64,000 nt of DNA, taken from Eledone cirrhosa. Lineage: Eukaryota. Positions within the stretch are counted from its first letter, which is position 1. Each line of letters starts with the position of its first letter. The notes beneath the pieces are model-generated. The model ran no database searches. It worked only from the letters and a program-made list of their open reading frames with translations, and was not told the DNA's origin. The translations under genes were made by a program, and so were the position numbers. Of this stretch, positions 46,847-62,204 are shown in pieces. The stretch is taken from positions 44,330,001 to 44,394,000 of the forward strand of contig OZ024741.1 of the NCBI GenBank assembly GCA_964016885.1, read 5' to 3'.

Positions 46847-49320
46847 CCGCCTCTGTAGCCGAGATGCTGACTTTGAGTCCCAGGCCCTTTCCCTAGTCAG
46901 CCATTTCATCAGCAGAGGTTACCCCCCCCCCCCCCCCCTCTCGTCCACACCGCTCTCACCCGCGCCCGTGCTGTCCCCCGCTCCACCACCCTCACCCCAC
47001 GCCACCACACACCCACCCGACGTCTCCCCTTCCCCATCGCCTACCACCCCTCCACCTTACCCCTCCACCGCACCATCCGCCGCCTCTTCCGACGCCTGCA
47101 GTCCGACACCTCCACCTCCCACATCTTCCCAACCCCACCACTCCCCTCCTTCAAACGAGCACGAAATCTCTGCACCCTCCTCGTCCACAGCTCTCTACCC
47201 CCCAACCCACGCTCTGTTTCCCCCCGGTTCCTTTCCCTGTTCTAGGCCCCGCTGCAACACCTGTCCCCACTTCACCAACACCACCACCTTCCAGGGTCCC
47301 AACGGCCACTCTCTCTCTGTCCGGCATGCCTTCCGCTGCACCTCCTCCAACCTAGCCTCCTCCAACCTATCCCGGAGGTGCTCAGTGAATCGGTCCGCCA
47401 GGCGACGTCCCGTCTGTCTGACATAAGTCGCGACTTATGTCAGACAGACGGGACGTCGCCTTGCGGACCGATTCACTGAGCAACTCCGGGATATTCGTCT
47501 CGGGGGTAGTTCCCCCATCGCCCGCCACTTTGGTGGCCCTGGACATTCCGCACGCCATCTCACAGTCTGTGGTCTACTCCAGTGCCACGGAACACCCGCC
47601 AATCGCCTTAGGGTCGAACAACGAACTATCTTCATCTTACAGACCCACACTCCCCCCGGCCTGACTTCCCACCCTTATTCCTTTAACTTTCGACCACCAC
47701 CCTCCCCCACACTTATCCCCCACTAACACCACTAACACACCCCTCCTTTTCATCGCCCACCCCACAACTAACAATACTGACACCTCCACTCCACCCCTCA
47801 TCTGACCACCCCTCCCCAACTAACATACTAACATCCCTCCCTTCTTCTCCTCCTCCCCCCTCCTCATCACACGCACACACCCACCGGCACATATATACAC
47901 GCGCTCACACTAAACACACACCCTACTACTACCACTAACCTTCACCCCCACACCTCTCACCCCCACACCTCCATCCCACCACTCCGCAACTAACCTCACT
48001 AACACCCCCTAACGCCAAGCACACGAACACACGCACGCACTTACACCACCCACCCCACACGCAACTAACATCACTAACACCCCCCAACCCCACGTACACG
48101 TACCCACACACCCTCGTACACCACCAACTCTACACACCCTACCACCACTAACCCCCACTCACACCTGCATTCAACCCCTCCCCACCTCCCGTTTGATGAA
48201 AGTTGGTGTGAGGACCAACTTCATCAAACTACACATACACACTAGTACACCACACTCCCCCCATAGAACCACACACACCCTTCTCTCCCCGCTCCACCCA
48301 CACCCTCGCTCCACACTCACTCATCCCACTAACACCTCTACTAATACACACACACACACCCTCCTCACACCAACTTTCACACCTACCCATCCTCACCCCT
48401 TTACCATTCCACCGACAGCTGCTATGCCCTCTGACCACCTCCCAGCACAAACAGACACAGAGCACTCCCACTGCTTGACCACTTCCTGTTGCGCGCGCAC
48501 CCCACATCTCTCCTCTTCCGACCATCGCTTCATGGAATACTCGCACGTAGAAATTTACCACCACAGAATCCACTAAACACCTTTGGATTTTACCAACTTT
48601 TCAACCATCCTCTTACGTAATCACCTATATAACTAACTCACACACACACACACCCCAAAAAAAAATGTTTCTCCACACGCCACCTGCACCCACAACACGC
48701 TTAAACCCCACACACACGTGCTTTCCACCACATATTTACACCCTCAGCCTCCTGATTCCTCTCCCCCCACCCCTCTATCCACACACGCACAGACACTCCG
48801 ACCCACAAACCCCCCCACACATACACCTCTTCCTGAACATGCAACCCCGTTCTTCCCCCAACCCTTACTTTCACATACACACACACACACACGTACACCT
48901 ACACACACACACCACCTTCAGCCCTCCCCGCTCGGACACCCCGTCTCCCTCTCCCCACTCCACCCGCCACCACCCCTACACACCCCACCACCTTCCACCA
49001 CCTGTTTACCCCCCTTTTAATTTCAGTTTATTTTGATCATGCTTTTATATTTAAATTTATTTCATTCCTTGTATTTTGATCATGCTTTATTTTTATTTTT
49101 ATTTCTAATTTTTTTCATTCGCACCGTCTCCTTTCGCTATATGTCTCTCCACCACTCCCCTACACACCCTTTGAACTCTGTTCCCACACACTTCTCACCT
49201 GAGGAAGGGCTTATGCCCGAAACGTCGTCCCCCACCAACACCCCACTCTCCAGAGCGTGAAATTAATAAACATTCGTTGTACTGCCTCTCTGTTTTGTCC
49301 CTGTTCAAATTTTTCCATTA
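46846..49320 (+). mobile_element. 5'-truncated Neptune-like PLE (thumb + GIY-YIG) with long C-rich 3' region
   Basis: RLCS..F..RGYP, PC.RPRCNTC, F.CTSSNL, QTGRRLADRFTE, IARHF, EQRTIF.L.T..P.GL; terminal HHR and AATAAA (49265-49270) before (TA)n. Confidence 0.85.
49196..49230 (+). ncRNA. Minimal PLE hammerhead motif
   Basis: CUGAGGA-A-GGGC(UUAU)GCCC-GAAA-CG-UC; palindromic stem III ACGU; stem I very short. Confidence 0.6.
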
Positions 49321-49748
49321 TATATATATATATATATACAAAATATTGTAAAACATTATAGATGTAGTCCTCCGAAGTTTCAACAATCTTTTTTCTTTTC
49401 GGGTTGGTGTTTGCCAGGGAATGTATATTTATTTACATTGAAAATTTACTCTGAAAATTTACAAGGCTTTGTAATGCTTTGTTATATTGAATATATTATC
49501 TTCCATGTCTTTACTTTGTAACATTATTACATAAATATTGGTTAAACAACTTGTATTAAAACATTTGTTAGGCTATTGAATAATTTAAGAAATCCATCGT
49601 AACACCTTTAGTTGTTGTATATGATCTGTGTTAGTATATACCACTTCTTTCCTTAAACAATATCTTTTTTCTATAATTCTATCTATAATTGCATAAACAC
49701 ACTGAGTTGAAAATATTATCAATTGCCAATATTGATTCGTTTTATTTA

Positions 49749-49808
<60 letters not shown>

Positions 49809-51379
49809 ATATATAGATATATATAGATATGTGTGTGTGTGTGTACAATGAGCTGATTACTACGTCAAATAATCCAATAAAATAATATAAATTCTATATA
49901 ATTAAAAAGTAAATAGAAAGGATTCATAATGTTCTCACATACCGTACGTTGATTGCAAATTGTTTCGATTCCTAATTTATATCATTTCTTTTCAATTTAC
50001 TATTGAAAATAGCTTGGGCGAACGAATGGATTTGTACCACACTCATACGTTGTTTGGTTTGATCCCACTGCATGGCATCTTGATCAAATGTTATGTACCC
50101 TACCCTTCAGTCGACTCAATCTTTGTGGCAGTTATTGTGTAGATTGCAACAGGGTGTAAGACGGTGGGGTGAACTTTGCCTGTAATTCAAAGGGTCAAAT
50201 TTGGAATATAGTGTTACGCTGAATCTCACTGTGGAATGCTCAGTCACTTGCACATTTATACATTAATCTCATGTGCTGGCTATGCTGTTGATTCAACAAC
50301 TGGAATAATCATTCACGAAATTGATCCACCACACACTCAGGGACAACATGTCATTGAATGAATAAAATAGATATATTTTCAATTACGTTTCCGATGCTAG
50401 TTCCACAGTCATGAATTTCACACAAGTTATATGTTCTCTGCGCCTAGTTACAATAGCTCCATATTTCATATTGTTTGTTCTATGGCGATGTAAGACATCT
50501 ATTGACACAACCCATGTAGGAAATATATATCGTTGCTTTAAGAGATGTTGATAAAGAAATGATTTATACCGTATAACTTAGCACCTGTCTTAGCGAAACG
50601 ATGATATATTTTCGAAACTAAACACTGTGGTAGGAAAGCATCGTTTGTAAATCCATATACGTTTGTAAATTTCAAATAAATGGCTTTCGTCTTCTGGCTT
50701 AAAATTCCCTATTTCAGTACGGTTTTCGTTTCAAATAATAATATATAATACTTGTTTAATGTAGAATACTAACAGGGAAAAATACTAAAGCTATAAAGTA
50801 TAACGGTTTTGTCATATTTATTACTTACAACCTTTTTATAGAAATGTGTGTGTGTAAGATACGTTAATATTCCGAATAATAAATGGAATACAATACATTT
50901 CATAGTGAGAATAGACGAAGCAAACTCTGAATTATCCCAATAAACTAAGTTCGGGCTAATCTCTCTAATTCGATATAAGGTCTTAAGTAGCTACAATTAG
51001 CAATTTATGTTATACGTTGTATAGCTGTATGTAAGGTCAGGGGCAAGTCACTGACAAAATGCCGATGAGGTGTTATTTTGAGTTTTGATGCCATATTTGA
51101 AGTCTTGTCATTTGAATTGCATCCCATATATTCCAAATGAATTAGATTTTTAGTTATGATTTTACGTCGGCTTTTCTATAATTTTTCCCGCTTGAACGAG
51201 TTCGTTAAATAGGTATACTTATGAAAAAATATATATCAATTGCTCTCGTGTCATGGCAAGCAGAATAATGTTATTAATATTAGATTGTTTTTCCAAATAA
51301 CTTGACTCATATAACCTATATTTGAGGCCTTGAAAGAATAAAATACATATTCGTTATTTTTCCAGCGCTATTCAGAGAT

Positions 51380-51520
51380 ATCATGTGACGTGGTGTCGTC
51401 TAGTTTTGATTGCGTTTGACGCAGGGCCGAGGGTTTAACTCCCAGGACAGGTAACGTGGTATCTCTTTGAGCAAGGTATTGCATTTCACGTCTCTCCGGT
51501 TCAGAAAGCTAGAAATGTGG
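51380..51520 (+). mobile_element. Decayed tRNA-derived SINE
   Basis: GTGGTGTCGTCTAG...GGTTTAACTCCC...TCTTTGAGCAAGG. Confidence 0.4.
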
Positions 51521-53539
51521 AGCAATGGAAGCTAGGTTAGTCCAGCGACAAAATACTTGTCCCTATAGGAAGGAGTCTTGTAAAATCCACTGCTTATGTT
51601 TCATAGGAACCGATATATCTCGGGCTTCACCCGACCTGTGAAAGCATAGAACAACAAAACGGACATAAACCTATGACGTACCCTATAATGAAGGAAATGT
51701 GCTGAAATAATTTAAATTTCACTTTTGTTTTAGAAGACTGAATGAATGATTTTAGCTTCCATTTAATCGGGACGTTATCAGCATGTTTCCATATTCACCA
51801 TTTAATAAGACAGATTATATTTTATGTATTTTCCTTTCCATTGATTAAGTTTCAATATTTATTTGAAATAACAACAAAGAAAAGGAATAAAACGAACAAG
51901 TTAGTTGAAAGAATTACTTTTGGATTCCATCTTATTTGATATTGGCTTAGATTAATCAACATGGGAAATTAACAGATTGTCACCAAAGAAACAACTAAGA
52001 AACCCTACAGGCAAATGGAAGAATGTCATATGTTCACATGCAACTAGGTTCCTATCTTATTTTTAATACTTTCCTACTGTTCCAGAAATAATTTATCAAA
52101 TTACCGATTCAAACAGACTTCTGTAAAATAGAATGAGAAGTCTCTAATCGGACTCTCCTTGATATGAAATACTGATTAAAACAGAATTCAGGTAGCATGC
52201 TGATATAAACAGAAGAGCAGGGATATATCCTAAGATGGAAAACCAATAGTAGAAATATATAGGACGGTAATCTGGCAGAATATTAATTGATTCGAATAAA
52301 TATAAAATGGTCATCGCCCTAGTAACTAAAAATTCTGAACTCAAGTGATGTGTTTATAAATCAACCCCTTGTTTGCCACTTGTCTTAATCGGCTCTACTG
52401 TAAACATTGGTCTATCCGATACCTGTAAAGTATTCAACCATATGGAGAATGCGAATCTCTTTCCAACCCTCTCTGCATAAGCTCTTATTCAATCTCTCGT
52501 CTCTCGGATGGGCGTCTAATTTTCGGTTTATACTATTACAGACTTATGTTAACTGAACTTATTTGGCCGCGAGGTGGCAAATTGGCTGGGTCATTAGAAC
52601 TTCGGATACAATGCTTTGCGGTATTCGTTTTGGCACTCTGCGCTCTCAAATTTCAACGACTCAGCAGTTATGGCTCCATCCACAAATATAAACTCTCCTT
52701 ACCCACAACCTGACCATTTATGTGCGCCCTAAGGTTCGGTCACCCCCGACCTTTCAGCTACTAACCGTGGAACAATGCTCGCTAAAGCATGAATGCATGG
52801 AACTAGAACTCCCTAAATTCTAGCTAAATTATTCACCTAGACATAAAGATGATCTTATCAGGTGAAATAGAATTTAAAACAATAATGACTGTGTCACAAT
52901 TACCAGCCTTTCTATTTAGGACGTTCGGATATATTTGTCGCCACACCTCTTCTTATTAACCACATGACTTGTAACGTTTTATGTATAAATGATAATGAAT
53001 TCAATTGAACATAGTAGATAGCTTCACAGGCAGATTCGTTAGAACGTCGGACACGATGATTTGACTTTCATTTTCCCGAGGTCGATAGAATAAAGTACCT
53101 ATAACGTAATGGAATCAGTATAATTGACTTTCCCCTTCCTCCCAAATTGTTGGCCTTAACTAGACACCCTTATTAATATTATTATTGTTGCTTTTATTAT
53201 TATTTTTATATAATGTGGAAAGTGATTTAAGGCTAAACAATGCAAAATGGATTGTAAGATGAAGGTAACGAAACAGTAAGTTACCTGGTAATCTTTGTTT
53301 GTTTGTTTGTTTGTTTTTGTCGCAGCTGTTGTTTCTTTCATCCTAATATTTCAGGACTTTAAAATTCCCTTATAAGAAACTTTCAGAGAACAATGTTCCT
53401 GTTTCTTCTCTTTGGAATTAATTTTAGATTATTTTTATTATTTGAAACTTCCTTTGAATTCTGATTCTTTCCCAAACCATGTCGAGTGTCAACCTGACAC
53501 CTGAAACAATATTTGATAATACTCGCATTTTACAATCAA

Positions 53540-55100
53540 TTGTCATACAGATGGTGCCATAAGGGTATAGAGACAATAAATTTCTTCACAGGGTTTTTAA
53601 TTTGACAATGCCTTTCTCAGGCCATAAACAATAGCACCCTGTTCTATATTCTGTATCTCTTGCAGAGATGACTTTTCAAGTATCCTGTCTAAATATTGTT
53701 TTCTTTACATTTGTTATCATTCCAAATAGCCGGCTATCACTGGTATTGTATATGCTTTAAAATGCCACATTTTCTTAATTTTAACTGATAAATCTTTATA
53801 TTTACTGAGCTTTCCGAACTCTTTCGAGGCGATGTCACGATCTGATGGAATGTTCATATCAATTAAGCAGCATGTTTTCTCTTCATGGTCATTCACAGTT
53901 ATATCAGTCTGATTGCCTTGGTTATCTTGTCAGTATTCACAGCGAAATCCTAGAGCAATGTGACGTCCTTGCCTGCTGTTACAGCATGTATATGATGGTT
54001 GTAACATTTTCTCTCAGTTTTAAGACCATAAAACTTGCACATACAAAGTGTAAGTAATGCCCTACTCTACTATGCCTCGTTTTATTTTCCTGGGGAATTA
54101 ATAATTTCCAGCCAGTTGCTCAATTTCCAGCCAGTTGCTCAATGATCTCAACAAGGTCATGACAGATTCAACAATTTGGTTCAACTCCATTTCTGATCAT
54201 ATTGGCTTGAAAGTTGTGCGTTGGAATACACTGGTATTATGCAGCCAAAATGAAGCCCAGAACTCCGCAGCCACTGATGGGTGAGAATTTTATCTACATC
54301 AGGGTCCTTGCTAGAGAGAACATACCGCTTTTCCAGTGGTTTTTGCTCCTATTTCCTGCAGGCATTCATGATTTACCAAAACTTTTATATTCTTTGCGGC
54401 TTTAATTGCAGAATCACGATCATTTTCAAACTGTATTCCCAATTATTCCACAAACTTCCTATTTTCCTTTATGACTGAATGTAACCTCTACTTCCTATCT
54501 GCAACTATTCCATCATCCAGACTTCTGTAGTTTTAAGGTACCGATTAAGTCTAATGTTCGATATCCTGTATGAAAGCTCTAGATGGATCATTCTTCTCCC
54601 TCAATTTTGTCTTGGGAGATAGCGATGATCTAGATCGGATTTTGCGTGATGTATTCTTTAAAGGTCAAAATTATCCAGATTTTGGTGTCTAAATTCTTAA
54701 TTTCATTAACGTTCCAATTTATGTTATTGAGATTGTAGGTGGCAACTGGGATTGCAGGTAATGTATTTCTCGAGTTAAGCTTCATTTTCATGACAGCACG
54801 GTAGCATTCCTTCTTGATTCTCTCTTTTATGCTGGCGTGGTGAATACCTTGGCCGTAAGTGCATAGTAATACTTATTTTGTATGCTGTATATATTTGTAA
54901 GTCCCGGTATTTTGATTATGTATCTGTGTTTTTTGTCATACCCAGAATACCTATTATTATAGGAATTGTTTCTATTTTCACCATCCACAATTGGGTTATT
55001 TGTATCTCTCAATATTTATATTGGGATAGTTTCGCCATTTCCTCAGTAGATATATTACCATCGATGGGATTGATGCGTCAATTAGAAGACATAGTTTTTC
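53540..55100 (-). mobile_element. Highly decayed R4/Dong-like LINE fragment
   Basis: Minus strand remnants: KRIKKECY.AV.K.KLNSRN..PAIPVATY..INWN, an AAIIPVYSN/FQA segment, C..C-like knuckle, IDMNIP-like RLE. Confidence 0.6.
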
Positions 55101-55199
55101 ATTGTGGTCTTTGACGATAATATTCAGTCTGCTGAATTTGATTTCCCTGTTTGTGTATAATGCTACATCTTAGGGTAATTACCGTCACCTTTTCTGGTG

Positions 55200-57320
55200 C
55201 GTGCCAGCAGTATTTTTTTCTGTTGGTATTTTGTAATGTTCGGATAATACTCCATTGTATATATCTGAGAATATATTCTTTTTTTGGCTAAGACTAGGCA
55301 GCCAAAGATATTGTGTTAAAGTATTTCTTCCCCACCTCCACATATTCTGCAGTTAGTTACTATATTCTGCTTCATTAAGTACTTCTGTTAGTTTCTGGTG
55401 GGTAGGCTTAATCTTGTGTTGCGATTAGAAATCCTTCCGTATCGGCTTTTAGTCCAGTGCTTCGTAGTCAATTTTGTGAATTTTGTTTGTCTTCTTCTCT
55501 ATTCAGCTTTTTCGTGTATTAGCCATGGAAGTGCTTTTCTTGCTATTATTTTAGCATGGCAATCTGGAGTTCTGTATTAAATTTAGAGTTTATGTTTGTT
55601 TTGGTTTTTATTTTCCCCACGATTATCTGTTAATCCTACTTCTATTTAAATTTATTGGCGTCATCGAAGACAGAGAACAATATTTTGTTTTTGTCATGAT
55701 TCGTGGCTATTTCTATCAACTTTCCTATATTCTTAATTATATAAATGTGTAGTCCTAGATCAGTTATATTATAATTCTTTAGTTGCATACAGTCTCCTTG
55801 TGCTTGTGGTAGATATAATGTTTCTAAATCTGATTTTGGATGGAGTATTCTCAATGCATTCATTATTTTTCTTGGTTTTCTATCTAGTGCTGCTAGTTCT
55901 CTTTTACTGCAGTTCAGAATACTAAAACTGTAGATTATTACTTGGATAGTTAGAGTATTGGTGCCAATTACATTATTCTTTGCATTTAATTCTGTTTTAA
56001 GTAGTAATCTAATACGTTTATAGTATTGCTTTTTAATCTTTTCTTTCATCGGTGTGTGTTGAACCCTGTCTACTTCGTTGATTCAATTCTTTTGTCACAT
56101 TTTTGTTTTACTTAGCATGATATTATTGTTTTTCAGAGATGACTTGGTGCATTTTCAAATCCAAATTTCATGTCTATGTATGGTGTGAATCCATGTACTG
56201 TCTGGGCAGGGTTTTCAGTTGTCTCTCGTGTGCAGCATACTGATTGGATCATTATATACAGAAGATGTTTAATTTTCTTGTTTTATAATTTATACTTCTC
56301 TCAAATGCTGTTTAGTGTCACAAGTATTGCAAAGAGCAGTGGTGATAGGGAGACCTGGAAATATCCCTCTGGTGATTCGGATAGGCTCACATTTGTATCT
56401 GCAGAATCCTTCGCCACTTGTTCATGACATGCTTGGGTAATGATTCTTTTTTTTTTATTGCTGGAGCTACTTTTATCATGGCTAATGTGTCCAGTATCTA
56501 TGTATGAAGAACACCCTCAAACGGCTTTTGATAGACGATCCAAGGCATACTGAGTTTTATTTGTTTGTTTGTTTTTCTACAGTTTTCGGTCCTGACGCTA
56601 TTGATTAGCCAGTGGTATTTATAGCCATGAGTCTTTTCATCATTGTTTCTGTTCTTCTGGAAGCTGGCTTTGTTTACCAGATATTTGGACAGTTTCTGCG
56701 ATATTACAGTGAGGTCATCTTTATTTTGCTCCTATAAAGTACTCGTAGAATTAATTTGGGTTGGAGTGAAATAGTTGGCTTTGTTCGAAAACATTTCTGT
56801 TCACTTCATATGTCTAGATTCTTTCTGCCTTTGCAAGTATTTGTTGTTTAAGCATTCCGTTGTCTCCAGGATTTCCTATTCTGTTATATTTCTTTAGTTA
56901 GTATTGTTGTTATCTTTCCTATTTCATGAAAGAGGTATTGACTTTTATTTTCTATCTTACTTTCGTATCGTTGATTTTCATGTTTGTGTGGCCTTTCTTA
57001 TTCTTCTTTTTATCGATATACGGGAGTAGCCACATTCTGTTGTAATGACAGCAGCTGCTTCTTAGGCTTATTTTACAAATGTTTCTCTTCGTAATTAGTA
57101 ACTCTATGATGGCTAGATTAGCGTTGTTCATAATTGTTGCTATTTTATTATTACATTTCATATTTGGGAGGTGTATTCTTTGGTCCAGCGGAAGATCTTC
57201 CATTGTTTGGAGTTTGGGATTATTTGCAGTTTATCCTATTGTGGTTTTGAATGTCATTTTTAGGGTTTCATTTTCTACATATATCTCCCGGTATTTCTTT
57301 TCATTTATACTTTAGGCTGT
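55200..57320 (-). mobile_element. Decayed R4/Dong-like LINE fragment
   Basis: ORF 55642-56049 KQYYKRIRLLLKTELNAKN..LDRK.RKIM..LHPKSDLE.LYLP; remnants of GIFQ..LSPLLF and WIVYQKPF. Confidence 0.75.
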
Positions 57321-57519
57321 ATTGACCTGAATCAGGTTTTGTTGTATGTACTGTGCATGTCGTTTAGGGTTGGAGTTTGTTGTGTAATGTTTTTTTACTT
57401 TATCTATTTTGGATATGTTAGTTTTATCTGCATGTGAAAACTCTCACAATTATTTCGGTTTACATTCTGTATTTGTTCTGTTAAAAACATCAATGTAGTT
57501 TGGTGTCAAGCTAGTCTCA

Positions 57520-57830
57520 TAAAGTCGTTGAAATGTATCAAAACCGCAGCGTATCCACCCAAGATTGGGCAGTAGAAAGCATCCAATCTTATTGCTCGAC
57601 ATCATTCCAACATACATCACACAACCACCGCTGAAAACGTTGAACGAATTGGGCTACAAAACTCTGCACTGTTCGGAATACTCACCGGATCATGTTCTAG
57701 CCGACTACGGCTTTTCAAACGTTTCGAACTTCTTGCAAGGACGAGTCTTCAACAACGAAACAACTGCCAAGAATGCGAACCCAGAACTGATGTCACCTGA
57801 AAACATAAACAAAAACAAACTGTGAATAAG
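57520..57830 (+). pseudogene. Mariner (Tc1/mariner) transposase fragment
   Basis: PILLLD..LNELGYKTL..YSPD..ADY.F..NFLQGR, cf. HDNARPH..LGYETLPHPPYSPDLSPTDY. Confidence 0.7.
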
Positions 57831-58612
57831 AATGTGTAGATACTAATGGTTGTTATTTCCAGCGATAAAATATATTTTGGACTCAGAATTGTGTATTAAC
57901 ATAATTGTTTAAAAAGAAGCATCAGTTTCTGAACAATTTGATATTATCATTATCAAATACGACAATATATTATGCATACCAATATGGGTTTGATTTATAG
58001 TAATAGGCGGCGAGGAAGGGAAAATAAAAATGAAAATATTATATAACTGCTGGCTAGAGTGATATTTATTCCATTCCAACTTTTAAAAGTATTAATTGAA
58101 AATGTTGCCGACTAAAGTTATATACGTGCATTGTATTAATACTAACTACATGACAACCTATTCAATGGACTGGCATGTATAGTGGCATGGTGTTAGGTAA
58201 TAGAAAATTAACATTGTATTATTACTAATGAATGGTTTCATTTTTCTCTTTAAGTGCTAAAATGTTAAAGTTGAATAAAATCTCTCTCTCTGTATATATA
58301 TGTATGTGTTTGTGTGTTTGCATATACAAACGTATATACACACATGCATACGTTTATATCTATGTAAGTATGTATATATCTGCGTTAGGTATATATACAT
58401 GCATGTATATATGTATGTATATACGTATATATGCATGTATATATGCATGTATGTATGTATGTACGTCGGTGAGCAGGCAAGAGTCTTTCAATGTGAATTA
58501 GTCTATAAATGATGACTAGTTGTGAAGAGTGTCTATTCTCCATGAATGTTATTTAGTTTTCTCATTTATAATTGTATACATCAACGAATCACCGCATTCA
58601 TTAGATATATGG

Positions 58613-58766
<154 letters not shown>

Positions 58767-59327
58767 GTGTGTGTGTATATATACATACAGAAAGGGGGTG
58801 GGGGACAGAAAGAAATAAGAAAGACATACATATATGTATATGAGAAACGTAGAGATACAATTATAAAGGTATCATAACATATATGATATGTACGAAGATT
58901 ATGTTTCTCCGTAGAAATGCTCAATAGACAGTTGCCTAGCGCATTAATAATTCAAGTTTAAAGACATATGTATAATTATATAGAGGGAGAATGATATATG
59001 GCCCTCACGTTCTCTATATATACGTTATATATTTTAATTTGGATTATATATAATAATTTGAAAGGATTCGTGTAATTTTAGTATTTTTCATTAAATTTGA
59101 TACCAAACTCTAATATATGTTTAGTATTGTCTTTATATAAGTTATAATATAGTGTGATTCTTTTGGGTAAATCGATGTTCATTTAAATAATGTAATACGA
59201 CTACAATGAAAATACAAGTGCAAGCTAAGTAGCATATTACACAACTAGCAGGGCTTCATATGCCGCATAATTGTGTATAGCTATCGATGCCCTGTCCTAG
59301 CATTCATAAAACTCCCGATGTTGATAA

Positions 59328-59945
59328 TAATTGTTTCGGATTTAGGCACGTGACCAACCCTTTTTGGAAAGGGGCAAGTCGATTAAATCGACCGAAGTGT
59401 ATTACTGCTGCTTAAATTTATCGACCCTTTAAGGATGAAATGCAAAGCTAACCGCGGTAGGATTTGAACTCAGAGCGTCAAAGGCTGTAATCTATGCCAC
59501 GAAGCAAGGTCTCGGACGCTCTACTGGTACTGACAATCTACCATCTTTAGGATCCACTTAATAATGACTTCTACTATAGGTACACGGCCAGAAACTTTGG
59601 GGGAGGGAAAAGTCGATTAAATCGGTCCCAGTCACAATTAGCGAAGAGGGTTTGTAAGTATCAGAGATTAATTCACCATTGTGGTTATAAATCTTAGAGC
59701 ATCTACAACCAACTTCAAAAATCACTACCACCGCACCGTCGGCCTGTGGGATATGATTGTGGTTTTCAACGATCAGCCATCCTATTTTCAAAGGTAAATA
59801 TACCCAATTCTTGTCTAGTGTTTATTTCATTGACTTCGGAAGGATGAAAAGAAATCAGTAGGGTTTGAAATCGAAACGTAAGACACGTAACTAAAGTGAT
59901 CAAGTAATTTGTGTTCATAGTTCTACAGTGCCAACCACTCCACCG
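59328..59945 (-). mobile_element. Cluster of Octopus-type SINE fragments
   Basis: GTCGATTAAATCG...GGATGAAA.GCAAAG...GATTTGAACTCAGA motifs, repeated. Confidence 0.6.
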
Positions 59946-61787
59946 TCCAATTATTGGTTATCAGAAACAGAATCATGTCTTAATTTTGGTTACAAATGTT
60001 AACTTATGGGCAAACATATAGAAATGAATTAGGTTGATTAATTCTTCCTTTCCACCTCTCTAACCATGATCATTAAAAATATGGATATGGGGGCGAATCC
60101 ATGACACAAGAAAATTGCAAACCTGAGGCAAAATTTTGCGTTGTTATGGCATTCAATTTGCAGGCTTTCCATTTAAATGGCAGGTTTTTTCGACGAATGT
60201 GAGGCTTCCGCCTAGTAAATTAAGGAAAAGTTCGAAAATTCTTCCTATTTAGATTGTATTTTAGTCCGTTGGGGTTTTTTTCTCGATAACTTCACTTTAT
60301 TGACAATTACGAGACGTTGCTAGTAATATTGCATTAGCTAATGCGTTCTGAGACAGAAATGCTTGGATAAACCTTTAATTTAAAAGAGTGATGTGGGAAA
60401 CACAACCTAAAGAATATGCATGTAATAATAATGATTAGTTCGTGCTTGTTATTGGAAATAACACTTTACATTTTTACATCATCTATTTGACTACACGCAG
60501 AATTGGGATTTTCTTAATAATTTTGATAGCTAAATGTTTACATTAAGATTATAGCCGAAGAAGAAACATAGCAGACGAAAAGAATAGTGGTTTCCATAAA
60601 CAAGAAATATTAATTACATTTTGTAAAGTAAATTAAGGTGATGCAAACAGGACACCAAGCCCTTTCCTAATCATCCATGCCGAAATACACTTTTGAAATT
60701 CTATTTAAAATGCTTTGGTAGCGTCGTTGTTTATTATGATCAAAAGCTTATTAAAACACTTCTAGTATTGATGCACTATTATGCGTCTCTGCTAGAGACG
60801 TACATTATTGAACCGTGGACGTAGCCATAACTGAGTGGTTAAGTAGGTTATTTTGAAATAATAAGGTCTGAGGTTCGAGTTCACTTTATGCCACACATAG
60901 TATCAGGTTAAAGAGAATTACGTTAAAGAGTCCCGTAAAGATTGCTTTTCAGGTCCGTAGAGCTTTAGAGTATGTTCATTCAAAATATTCTGAAATGTGC
61001 CAGTGTGCTAAGCGTAATAAATTAATGTAAAATAAATGTTGTGATATGATCTCGATGTAATTCTCTCAAAAGTAAAAACTAGGATTATTAATCGAAGCAC
61101 ACCTGTTTTAAAGTTGTTCTAATATACAACACGTTTGTGACTAAATGATAATAATCAAAAATATTTTTTCCAAAAAACTAATGACAGCCTTTATTAAGAA
61201 AAAATAATATTTCAGTAAACTCGTATTGAACTTGATCCGTCCTTACATTACTTAGACAACATCTCACTAAATATATTACGTTTGCTAGAAACTGCATCGT
61301 GACTGGTAGTGAAAAGATTATTATATGTAGGAAACAATGGGCAGATTAATAATGTCTATCAACCACCGACATTTTCATCATGTAGTTCTTTGTTGCTTTT
61401 AACTTAATTCACATAACCGACATTTATATGAAACTAGAAAACCTGAAAAGTTATCCTATAGAATTCAGTTTCAATAGAAGGTGTTTCTAAATCACTTTAA
61501 GAACCGACATCGTTCTTTACTCTTCATACTTTATTCCGTCGAAACATTCTCAACTGTTACAATGCAATTGTAGATTTGTAAAAGGTATCCTTTAAAGATA
61601 CAGAACGAATAAATACGTACTCTGACGCCAAAGCACTTCCGACAATTATGTTCTCTCCGCCCGAGCACATAATATACATATCAAAACAACATTTTTCAGT
61701 GTGCGGCTTTCGTGTGTTTTTGATCGGGTAAAACATAATTGAATGAATGTATGAATAATACAATTATATATACATATTCATATATAT

Positions 61788-61847
<60 letters not shown>

Positions 61848-61852
61848 ATATA

Positions 61853-61925
<73 letters not shown>

Positions 61926-61990
61926 GTGTGTGTGTGAGTGTATGTATGTATATATATATGCATATATATGTATATATATATATATGTATA

Positions 61991-62064
<74 letters not shown>

Positions 62065-62204
62065 CTTATTCACTTCTCTACAATAATTTACATTTTATTA
62101 AACTAAGAGTAAAGTTATTTACAGAAATCAAAAGTTTTCCTTCTTTTAGCTATATTGTATATACTCTCTTTACGTACAGTACACTATAGTTGTCGTTATT
62201 AATA

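Noticed and set aside
48191-48229. TTGATGA-containing hairpin as a hammerhead
   Set aside because: Simple hairpin with no GAAA or stem III
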